Source of the DNA: Chrysomallon squamiferum
Taxonomy: Eukaryota > Animalia > Mollusca
Direction of reading: 5' to 3'
DNA length: 64,000 nucleotides
Assembly: GCA_012295275.1 (NCBI GenBank)
Contig: CM022665.1
Coordinates: 22,506,001 to 22,570,000, forward strand
Shown here piece after piece: positions 26,045 to 38,362 of the stretch. Each line of letters begins with the position of its first letter. Within the stretch, counting starts at the first letter, position 1. Position numbers and translations under genes: made by a program. The notes under the pieces are model-generated. The model worked only from the letters and a program-made list of their open reading frames with translations, did not search any database and was not told the DNA's origin.

Positions 26045-27940
26045 TATATAAAATTCCAGAATTGTTCCCTTTTTATTTTTTTATTCTGTTTTAAGTACTA
26101 ATATCACATTAAAAGAAAGCAAAATAAAACTAAATTATTAATTTATTGTGCACCATTTATATTTAACTAAAAGTATTTCATAAATATTTGAAACGTTTGG
26201 AAATTCCTTTGCTTTGTTTGCTCACAGTAGCAGCTCAACACAAACACATTCTTTCATTTGACCTCTTATCCACTTTTAGTGTGTTAAATAAATATTACAT
26301 GTACATCAAACAGGGCGCAAGAAAAAGCAAAAGTGAAATTATTTCAACGATGTTTGCTGGTTAACTGAAACGATGAAATTGAAACGCGTCAGACTACTAC
26401 ATGACCTTGCCAGCTAGCATTGCTACAGAAAAGAGAGAAGAATACTAGGAAATGTGAAAGTTGTTTAATTTTTAAATTTTATTATTCTTACTCGGATCAT
26501 CAGCAGCGAAATTCACACTGCTAAATAATATAAAACCATAAAACCATAAATAAACAACAACAACAACAAAAAAGTAGTAATTCATAAACTGTGTTAACTC
26601 GAAAAATGTTTTAACTGAAACTGATATTACAGAGCTATTGTCAGGAATCAGAAAACACACAAAAAAGCTATCTGTCCGCCATATACGCGACTTCAGTTGT
26701 AATGGGATAAAAACTGCAGCGTTCCAATATTTTAAAAATATTATTTCGTTTTCATATTTTGGTATGTCGCCCAAAGAGAGCTTCATCGAAACATGTATGT
26801 ATACCAGGGGTCCTCAGATCGGCGTATGCCTAACCCCAGTATGCAACAGAATATGTGGGGATAAAAAAAAGCAATCAAACAAAAATGGGGGAAAAAATCA
26901 TACCAGACTGTCAAAGTAGAGCCGAGACATTTAATAAATTGTACGATAGCATATTCAAAATAAATGAAAGTCCACAAGTAAAATATAATTATTACTTCAT
27001 CTTTAAATGTAAAATCTGAATGATTCTTTTTAGTAGTCATTAAAATGAAAGTCATAAGCTTGAATTAATAACTCAGCTGATCTGCAGCACATAATAAGTG
27101 AAACCGTTATTAACCAAATGTAAAAATGATTATCTTCAATATCAACTGTTTAAGGTTCTGTGATGTCAAGGGCCAGAGTGCAATCCTTGTTCTCCGAGAA
27201 CGTTCCCCGTTAAGTTCTAGGCAGCAGTTGCCATATATGGTCAGATAACATGACCAAACAGTTCCCAGTGCTAACGAACGTTCCCAATAGGAGGCAGTCA
27301 TCTTAACCTATATTGCTAGCTCTTACTCCCCACTAATTACTTTTATGAACTAATTACTTCGAAAACGTTAAATATTGACTTTTATTGAATAGGAAACAAT
27401 GGTTATTTCTCTATTCTACACACTTCCCTACTTAAAAAACACAAAAACATTTAATAATAATTTTAATTTACGAAATAAAATATCTCTGTGTCTCTCACAC
27501 ACACTCCAAGCAGAACAAGTTAACTCCTCAGTAACGTATTGCCCCTGTGACTGTGATCCCTGCAGTAATAACTAAACCAAAAGTACCTCGGATTGAGCCA
27601 AATCTCTAACTGTTTGAACATGAGAAGAGTTTTGAACAGCTGCAGAGACGGAGAGGATTCCTACGCTGACTAGCAACTAACCTAGATGAGTGCCTTACAT
27701 GAGTATAAAATTCTTATATAAAATTCCAGAATTGTTCCTTTTTTATTTTTTATTTTGTTTAAGAACTAATATCACATTAAAAGAAAGCAAAATAAAACTA
27801 AATTATTAATTTATTGCGCACCATTTATAAGCACAAAATATTTAACAAAAAGTATTCTGTTTGATCACGGTAGCAGCTCAACACAAACACATTCTTTCAT
27901 TTTACCTCTTATCCACTCTGTTAATAGATTAAATAAAAGT
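26045..27940 (+). repeat. Direct repeat pair, about 26045-26290 and 27715-27940
   Basis: Shared tataaaattccagaattgttcc...cagctcaacacaaacacattctttcattt. Confidence 0.75.
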
Positions 27941-27949
27941 TTACAGCAA

Positions 27950-28410
27950 ACAGGGAGATATTTTGGCCAGTGTTTCTTCTGGGATGGATTCAATCTCCAA
28001 AGCAAATTATGCATTGTGCGATTGAATCGCTCAGCTTGTACATTACCTGTGGGTGGTACGGCATTGTTCTGCTTTTCTTTATCCCATACATGTTACACAA
28101 CTCTTTTATCAAGTCAGATTCTCACTTCCAGACTTGATCGCTATGGATTCACCGCGGCTTACCATAATAACAAACCATTCTTTGACAAGGACTTCAGCAA
28201 CTGATATCTAAGTTGGTATTTCCTGAGTAAATTTGGTGAAAACATTTGTAAGAACTAAGACTTGTTTTTTCCGTGCATTAGTTGCAGGTTCAAGGACTGT
28301 GAAATCAATAGCAAGGACTTCTTAGCCAGAACACTTTCCATTGCTGGATGAACTTGTGGTCTTGATTTTGACAGAAAAAACCTATGTCAACTGTGGTAGT
28401 ACTTTTCCAC
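27950..28410 (-). mobile_element. Gypsy integrase (rve) fragment
   Basis: [52 protein letters not shown]. Confidence 0.85.
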
Positions 28411-28412
28411 AG

Positions 28413-30659
28413 CTTGAAAATATAGAAAAACACGAGCAAGGTGTTTATGAAGTCAACATGGCTAGGCAGTATGAGCATAGTACTTATACAATATGTACTA
28501 TGCTGAAGCAGCAGTCAATAAAGTCTATAACTCCAGCCAAAGGCGTTAAAATAATTTCTAAACTGCAGAGCTCTGTCCATGAAAAGATGGAGAAACCCTA
28601 ACCCTGTACACTTTTCAAAACCAATTTATTTCTTTACATTCTCTTTTATTTTTTTTTTTATACAATATGTCATTTATAAATACATTTCTCTTATTTAAAA
28701 ATACATTACAAAAAAATATGTGGTGGTTTTTCGGGGGCTGGAACAGATTAGTGGTATTTCAATTAATTTCATTTGGAAAAATTGATTTGATATACTATGA
28801 ACATACTGAGTTACGAGCTCAGCCACAAAATAAATTAAACTTGTAAGTCACGGTAATTATAACCTAACAACTAATAACCATTAGCAAGAGACAAAAGGAA
28901 TTTTTGTCAGCTCCTGCTCTGCTGACCTCAGGGAAGTCTGCGGCGTGTTTATTTGAGTAAAAGACAGAAGAGCCCAGAGATCACAAGAGACCACAAAGAA
29001 CAAAAAGTTGGCGGCCATTATTAGACAATTATGTTGGTAATTATATTTTGCGTTATCTTTGTTTAAGTCGGAAGCAGGGACAAATGGTTAGCCTGTTCCT
29101 GTATGCTCTGTTTGATTTGTTGATCAGTTTGATGTAATCTGTATATGCTCCATAGAGAGTTTGAGTTATATATTTATTTCTAACAAAACCTGTTAGGGAA
29201 AATTAAAAGAATTAAGAATTAAAGTATTTCATTTAAAGCCAACTCCTGCATCCTCAACCACTAAATAATAAGTATACATGTGTAAAATAAATAATTATCT
29301 TTGTAATATAAATACTGTGTTTTGTTTTGGTGTTCATAGTGGATACTTGATATTATATATAGTTTATATCTGTAGTACATGCAAATATGTGTATCTATTA
29401 TAATCAATCGTCACAGTTTGTTAATTACACAGTCAGCAGGTTCACCAAAGGCGCAAACCCTAGACAAGAAACGAGCCAAAATTTAATAGGGTCTTTCGCA
29501 CTTGAAACCTAACACCTCTTATGCGCTGTGCCCCGTGACACTTATCAATGGTTTGAAAAACTGATTCTCATTATCAGGGAGATCTTTAGGAGAATTTAAC
29601 GCCTGGGTTATGGCAATGGCAGTGGGGAAATAATATCATCTGGAAAAGCATCAGAATAGGAATCTGAATGTTACAGGTGGTGCCACAGTAGTGACTCTGC
29701 AAATATGTGTACATGCAAATATGTGTATCTATTATAATCAATCGTCACAGTTTGTTAATTACACAGTCGGCAGGTTCACCAAAGGCGCAAACCCTAGACA
29801 AGAAACGAGCCAAAATTTAATAGGGTCTTTCGCACTTGAAACCTAACACCTCTTATGCGCTGTGCCCCGTGACACTTATCAATGGTTTGAAAAACTGATT
29901 CTCATTATCAGGGAGATCTTTAGGAGAATTTAATGCCTGGGTTATGGCTATGGCAGTGGGGAAATAATATCATCTGGAAAAGCATCAGAATAGGAATCTG
30001 AATGTTACAGGTGGTGCCACAGTAGTGACTATATCTTTTGAATCCAGCTTCTGTGATCTGTGGACATTTTTCTGAGATGTTTCCCCATCCAAAGTTTCTA
30101 GTGTGTGAACATGACCATCCACACAGTTGCAGATCACAGATGTCCTCCATCTTATGTTGACCCTGGTGATTGTTTCAGAAATAAACTTGTTCAGCAATAT
30201 CAGAATTGGTTGAATTGACATTTTGAGTTTGCTCTCTTTGCGATTTCTCAAGTTCAGGTTTGGTGCCTGTCAATTCAAATGATTCACACATCCAGTGACA
30301 ATTGAGGGCTATCCATTCATCACCATCTGGCATGCCAACTTTTTGGTATGGAGTTTCAAATAATAATTTTCTTTGTTCTGTTTTTTTTTATCTGACAGCT
30401 GAAATCTTATCAGAGTCGGTAGAAATACCTTCTTGAACAAATGACGTTTCCCAGGCTTCACTTAGAGATCAAATTTCAGTAGTCTACTAAATACCTTTGG
30501 ACCATTTCATCGAAGGTGTGTCCAAACACCAGAATGTCATCTAGGTATACTATCAGACTGAAGATTTTTGAATCCTAGACAACCCTGCATTAGCCTTGAA
30601 AAAGTAGCTGGTGCATTGTACAAACCCTTGGGTATCCCGGTATATTCAAAAATACATGA
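28413..30659 (+). repeat. Near-identical copy of TRAF3 intron-8 segment 14729-16645 (Tigger + Gypsy fragments), with an internal 322-bp tandem duplication
   Basis: Identical or near-identical ORFs at 15903/29920 and 15968/29985; similarity resumes at 32862-33113 versus 16642-16884. Confidence 0.92.
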
Positions 30660-30934
30660 TGAACTAGTGTGAAATGCAGTTTTGGGAATGTCTTCCTCTT
30701 CCAGGGCACACTGAAGAAATCTATGTGCTAGTACTTTTATTCATTTTAGGAGCATTTTGAAGATTATGGCATGTTTAGCATGTTATTGAGCTCATTTAAC
30801 AAGTTGGTCCTAGCACTCTTGTTGATTCTAAGTCTTTTGTATCAGTTATTTTTCAAACTACAGTTGGCCAAAGTTGCCCTTTCTGACAATGTGCCAAATA
30901 TGGTTGAAAACGGACCAAAGGCTCTCGTTTCGAG

Positions 30935-31874
30935 GTGTTTGCAGATCTCAAATGATACTGATCGGACCCTTAGAGACTTCTGCAAAGATCTCTTCCACAT
31001 TTTCCACTGCATCAACCTCAGAGACAAGGCCTGGAACAACATCTGTACCCACACTTTGCACTCCGCCTGGAGAAAACTTTGGCGAGGGTGTGTACTAGAG
31101 AAAGGCTTAGAGGTATTTGAGATAGACATGGCAGTTATATTAGTGGATGAGATTGTGTCCTTGGGTAAAAATGTGGGCCTGGAAGTCGATGGCGACGACA
31201 TAGAGGAGCTTATTGAAGATTACAATGAAGAACTCACCACAGAGGAGATTGTAAATCTCCAGAGTGAACAACTCAAGGCATTAAAGGATGAGCAACTGTC
31301 TGACAATAAGGAGGAAAGGACTGAGATTTCTAATACTAGAATAAAAGAAATTTGCAGTAAGTGGGCTGATATTGAAGATTTTATTGGACACCATCACCCA
31401 AACAAACTTGTGGCAAACAGGCAGTGACCTTGATGAATAATGATGCGATGGCACACTTCAGAAACATTCTCCAATAAAGAGAGAAGCAAATTTCTCTTGA
31501 TTATTTCCATATGTGGAAAGAAGCAGAGCCAGAACCCAAAAGACTGCAAAAACAAACTGCTGAAGGAGCGTTCCCCAGTGTTACTATGGAAGGAGACTCG
31601 CTTTCCAAACAATAACTTCTTCCTCTTCACCACTACTGTCCACCACATTGTAAGTCACAATAAAATACAGTATTTAATGTTTTTTCCATCTATACGGTTA
31701 TTTTAACAAAATTCTGTGTTTATTCCATGTAAAAAGCCCTGAAAACAATGAAAATAAAAATATTCTGGAATGGATTGTTTACATTTACATTAATTTAACG
31801 CTTTGGTTTATGTACAGTTTGGTTTACGAACTGAGTTCTGGAGTAAATTAAGCTTGTAACCTGAGGTTCCACTG
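30935..31874 (+). mobile_element. Tigger (TIGD1-like) transposase C-terminus with right TIR
   Basis: TLRDFCKD.FHIFHCINLRDKAW...SAWRKLW...EIVSLGKNVGLEVDGDDIEELIEDYNEELTTEE; ends gaggttccactg|TA. Confidence 0.88.
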
Positions 31875-32315
31875 TAACTTATTTCTTGCAGAAGTCTAGG
31901 GTTCCACAAAACCCAGATTGAGAAATGCTGGTCTGGTGGATAATAACAGTTGTTGATGTCATCTAAGCATATTCCCAAAATGGCAAATCAGCACCAGACT
32001 TACTATTATATATGATCAGGAAGGGGAAAAAAGATTGATCAGATAACAGTTGATGACTATCAATTTGAACTTACTGATCTGTCTACATCTATTTGGTAAA
32101 TAGTACTGTATGTAATACTGAATTAGACAGGATCCTCATTTTCACTTTAACAAATATATGTATGTCGGTCGACATGTTAGCCTTGATTAGTTTTGATCTT
32201 GTTAGGTAGGTTATGTGGAGTGGGAATAGGTTAGAAGAAAAAGTGAATGTACCACTGAAACATCACGTTTGTGTGACCATTGATGAGTGTACAGTTAATT
32301 CACATAGTGTATATA

Positions 32316-32604
32316 CAGTGGAACCTTGAAGTATGAACAAATAGGATTACGAATAATGTCCCGAGTGACGAACTACTGTGATGCGCCATGACAAGCTTTC
32401 GTTTGACGTCGGTTCTGACGTCAACATCTAGTAACGATAAGAATAGATGCTTACCTCAAAACTGAGGTCAAAATAAGGATTACAGGCATGCCCTATAGCA
32501 TGAGAATTGCGTTCATGTGTCTAACATATGCTTCGGTTTATGTACAGATCAGTTTATTAACTGAGTTCTGGAACAAATTAAATTCGTAACCTAAGGTTCC
32601 ACTG
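32316..32604. mobile_element. Tigger-type MITE (same family as 3193-3672)
   Basis: TA|cagtggaacctt ... aaggttccactg|TA. Confidence 0.82.
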
Positions 32605-33184
32605 TACTGAGTATCCATTTAAGGCATTTATACCAGTTCATAGCCTCATGATCTTTGATATTCTCCGTGTAAGCACTTGTAAAATATGAACACATACTGA
32701 ACAGTCTAGATCCACATAAGCTGACTGAAATGAAATGCACACTAATTCTATAAGAAGGTAAACCAGCTTATGAAACAAACAGATTAAGAAATCGAGTAAG
32801 TTAAGGATAGACTAGCAATTTAGTGTATATTTAGGTGGACTGATCAATGGGTGGTACAGAAATGAAGGGTTGTATGGATCCACAGAGGGGTAAATAGCTG
32901 GTCATATAATTAACTAAATACATTAAACACTGTTACATTGAAACAGTATGACCAGAATGGTACATACAGTTAGGCAGATGTCCAACATAACATATTTACA
33001 TGTGATACTAACTCATAGTATAAAAGTATGTCCATCTATAGATTTTTGTTCATGTTTTAGGTTTACTGTTAACATTTCATGGAAGTATGTGATTCTGGTC
33101 TCTTTTGATTTATTTGATTTATGTTGTACAGTTTATGAAACACCTGTATTTACTAACGTAAAAAACATCATCTTACTTTAGACA

Positions 33185-35461
33185 GTAACTTGGATTACAA
33201 TGACCCTTTCACATTGCCCTCCTCTGGCAATGATAATTTGCGACAGCTTCTAGTACAGCATGGTCCACAACAGACTGTATTAGATGATTTTCCTAAAGAC
33301 TCAAGAAACAACAGATTTTCTCCTATACACTACAAGAGGAGACTGATAAATTGTTGATGTGGTATTTTGTTTCTGCTGTAAGTTATTCACCAAAAGACAT
33401 GATACATCATTTCTCCAACAAATAGGTTCAAAAGACTGGAAGAACATTGGATCAATTCTTTCTTCACACGAGAGGACTGCTGACTATTTAGAAAACTATC
33501 ACTCCTGGCATGAACTTGAACTGCGCTTAGCTAAAGGAAAAACAATGATATCAACCAACAGAAAATTTGGCAAGAGGAACATTACAGGTATCAAATTTTG
33601 CAACGCTTAATTGCTTTGGTACGAGTTCTTGGCATGCAGAACTTGGCATTCCGTGGTAGAAATGAAAAGTTGTATCGCCCTGATAACGGAAATATTTTGA
33701 AATTTGTAGAATATCTAGCCCTTTTTGATCCTACACTGATTGAAATTGCATAGAGTTAAGAATCACGAAACACTGGTTCACTTTCTTGGAAAAGAATGAG
33801 CTTATACAGCTTCTAGCCAATGCTATAAAAAAGCAAATGTTACCTCACGTAAACTCTACTAAATACTATTCCATAATTCTGGACTGCACACCTGATGTAA
33901 GTCATAATGAGCAAATGACAGTGATTGTCCGTTTTGTTGATGTAATCAGAACATCAGATAACCTGAACCTGAAGTCTTTATACGAGAACATTTCCTGGGA
34001 TTTGTTCCACTAAAGAAAATTGCAGGTGCCTTTATAGCAGAAACTCTTCTTGAACACCTTGGGCAAATAGGATTATCAATTGAAAATATGCATGGTCAAA
34101 ATTATAATAATGGGGGTAACATGAAAGGCAAAAGAAAATGGCGTACAAAAGAGGATCCTGGACATAAACACACGTGCTTTTGTGTGTCATTCAATGCACA
34201 TTCTTTAAACTTGGTAGTCAATGATGCTGCTAGATGTTGTCTTCAAGCAACTACTTTCTTCAGTATTGTTGGACAGATCTATAACTACTTCTCTTCATCA
34301 ACTAAGCGTTGTCAAATTCTAACCAGTCATATATCAGACTTGGGTATAACTGTATGAAACGAAATGGGAGAGTCGGATAGAATTTCTGAAGCAACAATAG
34401 CAAAAACACTATAACTTACCCTTTATCCAGAAATATAACATATTTTTGACTGTGAAATGACATAAATAAATGAATGAATTAAAAACTGAGTAACTGATGT
34501 AAATACTTAATAAGTTAATATTAAAGAAACTGTAAGCAAAATACTTATAATTCCAATATCATGAAATTTAAAATTAAGAATAGCGTGATGTTATTTTGTT
34601 TTTATTTATTTATTTGTTTTTAATTTCTCTCAGGCCTGAACGAGATGATCAGTTTTTACGTTTATTAAAATATCATTAACGTTCGATGCATACCCTAAAT
34701 ATAGATAGACTCGGTATTACTTAAACAGCTAATACCAATAATGAAGTATGCTTTTTATTGTTTGTTTGTTTTGGTCTCTTTTTTTCCGTCTTTTTTTTGT
34801 GTAGGTGATATATACGATGCTTTGGTGCTGATCTTGAATGATACAAACTTAACAGGTCCCTCTGGCACTATATCTCGGGACGAAGCCAAGGCCGTCACTT
34901 GAGCAAATATTAAGTTCAAATTTGTAGTATCACTCGTTACATGGTACAACATCATGTTTGAAGTCAACCTTACAAGTAAGACACTACGAAGTCAGAAAGC
35001 TGGTTTAAATGCAGCTACAAGTCACTTGCAGACAACTATGAAATATCTTGTGGAATACAGATGAACTAGAGATAGTACCAGGCTTTGAAAGAGTTCAAAT
35101 TAGAACCAGGAGAAAGAAACGTGCAGGTTGAATATGAAGCCCAAGAAGAGACACCACAAGATCCAAGACAGGAATTTAAAGTAAATTTTTACTATACAGT
35201 TTTAGACTTGGCCATACAATCTATTGATGAGAGATTCCTACAGCTACAACATTATAATTCACTCTTTGGCTTTCTGTATAATATATACAATGTAAAGGAT
35301 AAATCTATTTTTTTTTAAATTACCCTTGGTCTATGCTTAAATGTTAAATTTTTTATTTTTATTTTTAAATTTATTGTTTATAAATTTTGAAAATGATATT
35401 TTCCTGGGGGCGCCAGAATCCAACTTTGCCTAGGGCGCCTAATAGTCTGACACCGGCCCTG
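33185..35461 (+). mobile_element. Decayed hAT transposon (ZMYM1-like/Tip100 group)
   Basis: VFCFCCKLF, NLAFRG, YYSIILDCTPDVSHNEQM, AHSLNLVV, FKVNFYYTVLD; right end caccggccctg (CAGGGCCGG TIR) at 35461. Left TIR not seen. Confidence 0.9.
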
Positions 35462-36397
35462 GTCACAAATAGGCAAAATAAACGATCTTTAAATATAACA
35501 AGTTTTTTTATGTTACACAGTCACATCTAATATCAGCACTGTTTAAAATGACATTCAGTGAAGCAAGATATACATTTTAAGCCGACAATATTTAATACAT
35601 ACGTACATTAAGAAATGTATTTCGTTTTATATAAATATCATAAAACATTTCTTAACGTAGATATGAATCATGAATTAATACATATATATTAAAATGTTTT
35701 ATTATAATGTCTATTGAGCGTTCATAGCCGGAACAATAAATAAACAAACAATAACAATAATAGTATATTTTCCTCTTTTTTTTTTCGCTTGGTTTGGGTC
35801 TATAGGAACAACTTTATTCCCATGACCTAAACAGTAATTCAAAAAGAAAAATAATTAAAGGTTACTAAAAGGTAATGGATATATATGTTTACAATGATTC
35901 TTCAAACTGAGAAAATGAATGAATAAAGAATGCAAAATGACAGTCACAACGCTTTAAAGAAATAATAACTTTGTAAGATAAGATCTGGAGAATCTAAAGA
36001 CAGCGATATATTTTTCTACTTCACAACAACGTTTGCTAATATTAAAAGTACGTCAGAACAATTAAATAATTAAAGAAGTAAAAATAGAGCTCAGTAGCCT
36101 TACTTAATGCAACTAAATGTTGGTAACTAAAAGATAAAACAAACTGGAATAGTAACACACAGAAAACTATAGTTTGCTATAAAAACTCTAATGCTCTTTT
36201 GCGTTTTAAATTTAAATCTGAGGACTGATTATATAAACATCGTGAATGTATTCTTCACTGAAATAATGCACATAGATTTCATGAGATAACAATGTCTTAA
36301 AGGATAAAAACCTTGAGTAATAAGATATTTTATAATCTCTGTGATTTTCCACAAAGCTTGACAAATATAATTACTAATATTACGTGGTAGAACGTAC

Positions 36398-37181
36398 GTT
36401 TTCAGCAGATAGATAACAGCCTTAGATATGTACGCATAAATGATATCTAAAACATTTGGAAACACACGTTGTCTATTATTATTTACTGAAGAAGCAAAGG
36501 TTACTTACAAATGTTTATCTAAGTGTCGTGACAGTATTGATATTTGTACATGTTCAGGCAGATTTGTTATCTGCAAATTAATCAGCACTCTAATTTTTTA
36601 ATTTTATCTAACTTGCTGTTTTTGTATAACTCGGGAAGAAATCCGCGATTACACAGGGTTTTTCCGTTCTTTTTGTTTTTTAAATTATTTTTGTTAACCA
36701 CTTAGAAATAAGGGATTCAAAAAAAAACACAAAAAACCCTACCTTTTCATGTAGACAGGAAAGCACACACCATTGTCTTTAATAAAGTAGTCGTAAATTC
36801 CTGACTGGAACAAGAAAAAACAACAACTTTGTTTCCTCTAAATAATAACTAACTATATCAGAATGATGGATTGAAGGAATAAATAGGAGATGTAAAAATA
36901 TAATAGTAGAGTTTAGAACGATTCTATAGTATTAGTTATTTATATCTTATACTAAATTGTTTGACGTGTACCTTTGGTGATGTATAAACAGATAGTTTGA
37001 ATACATTTAGTATAATCTGAGGTGACTGTCTCAATTAAATCTAGACATCAGCATTTGTTTGTAATCAAGTATTACAGTAATGAATCTTTAACGGAAACTG
37101 CAATTTCATTTATTGTAACTTCTTATAAAAAATTTAAAAAACTAAAATAATATTTAAAAAGATACTACTACTACTACTACC

Positions 37182-37218
<37 letters not shown>

Positions 37219-37349
37219 ATAATAATAATAATAATAACAATAATAATAATGAATACAAATAAATGAAATACTAATAAAGGTGAAAAAGGAAAATCGAATA
37301 AATCATTAGTTGTAATTTTGATGTTGATCTTGTAGTAGTAGTAGTAGTA

Positions 37350-37381
<32 letters not shown>

Positions 37382-37910
37382 TATTATTATTATTATTATT
37401 ATTATTATTGCATTTCTGTAATCAATATCACGTCATAATGTGAAGGAAACCGCATAACATCGGGCTTATTATAGCATTTCTATCTAATAGTAGTAATAAC
37501 TGGAGCCTAAAAGCAAACAAAAGAACAACGCGTTTATACAACGTCTGTTTATACCATTTGCTTGAATCACCAAGTTTGCATTTCACTAATGGATTTTAAA
37601 GCCCTTACATTGACAACCAAAACACTTTGTGCTGGAATTCCCCAGAAATTACCACATTAAACATATATCGGTTGTTGGTAATCAATAACATTCCGTAATT
37701 GAATATAATAAGGATTATAAATAATAAAAGAGTGCAAAAAATTCGAATAGTCCAATGGATATGTTTATCAACATAAACTATACTTTCTATTAATAATCGA
37801 TGAAGCATTCAGTTCAGAATAAAATACCAATCAATGAATCCAGAGTTTCAAGGTATTATTGATAGAAAATTCATTTATTTTTAATGCGGATGTTTTCAGT
37901 TGTACTGTTT

Positions 37911-37979
<69 letters not shown>

Positions 37980-38311
37980 TAAAACAGTAATATAACGCAT
38001 AGTTTATAAGAGAAACATCAAACATAAAATGACAAGAGTAAATTTAAAAGTTGTGTTATAATATTGTTATCTAGACATGACACACTTATAATAATAATCT
38101 TCTCTTTATTGACAGCATGACCAGACATGTTATGAAGTATGCTGAATGTCAGTTTGCGAGTCCATAAATTTGTAAAATTAAATCAATATATTCATATATA
38201 CTTTATATAATCAAGACAAATACCATGCCATCACAAATTTTTTAATTTTGTAAAATTTCTATTTAAATATTTATCTATTTATCTGTCTATCTATCTATTA
38301 TTATTATTAAA

Positions 38312-38362
<51 letters not shown>

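Noticed and set aside
30771-30935. Signal-peptide-like N-terminus of the 218-aa ORF
   Set aside because: Appears to be a chance in-frame fusion of unrelated DNA to a truncated Tigger C-terminus.
36509-36570. ITNLPEHVQISILS as an F-box
   Set aside because: The downstream VCKxW part is absent, and the upstream exon supplies a beta-strand more like an RRM; not fully excluded.
37831-38025. Poly-Leu, CVCV and YIHT ORFs (also 47604, 57627, 59484)
   Set aside because: Translations of microsatellites.
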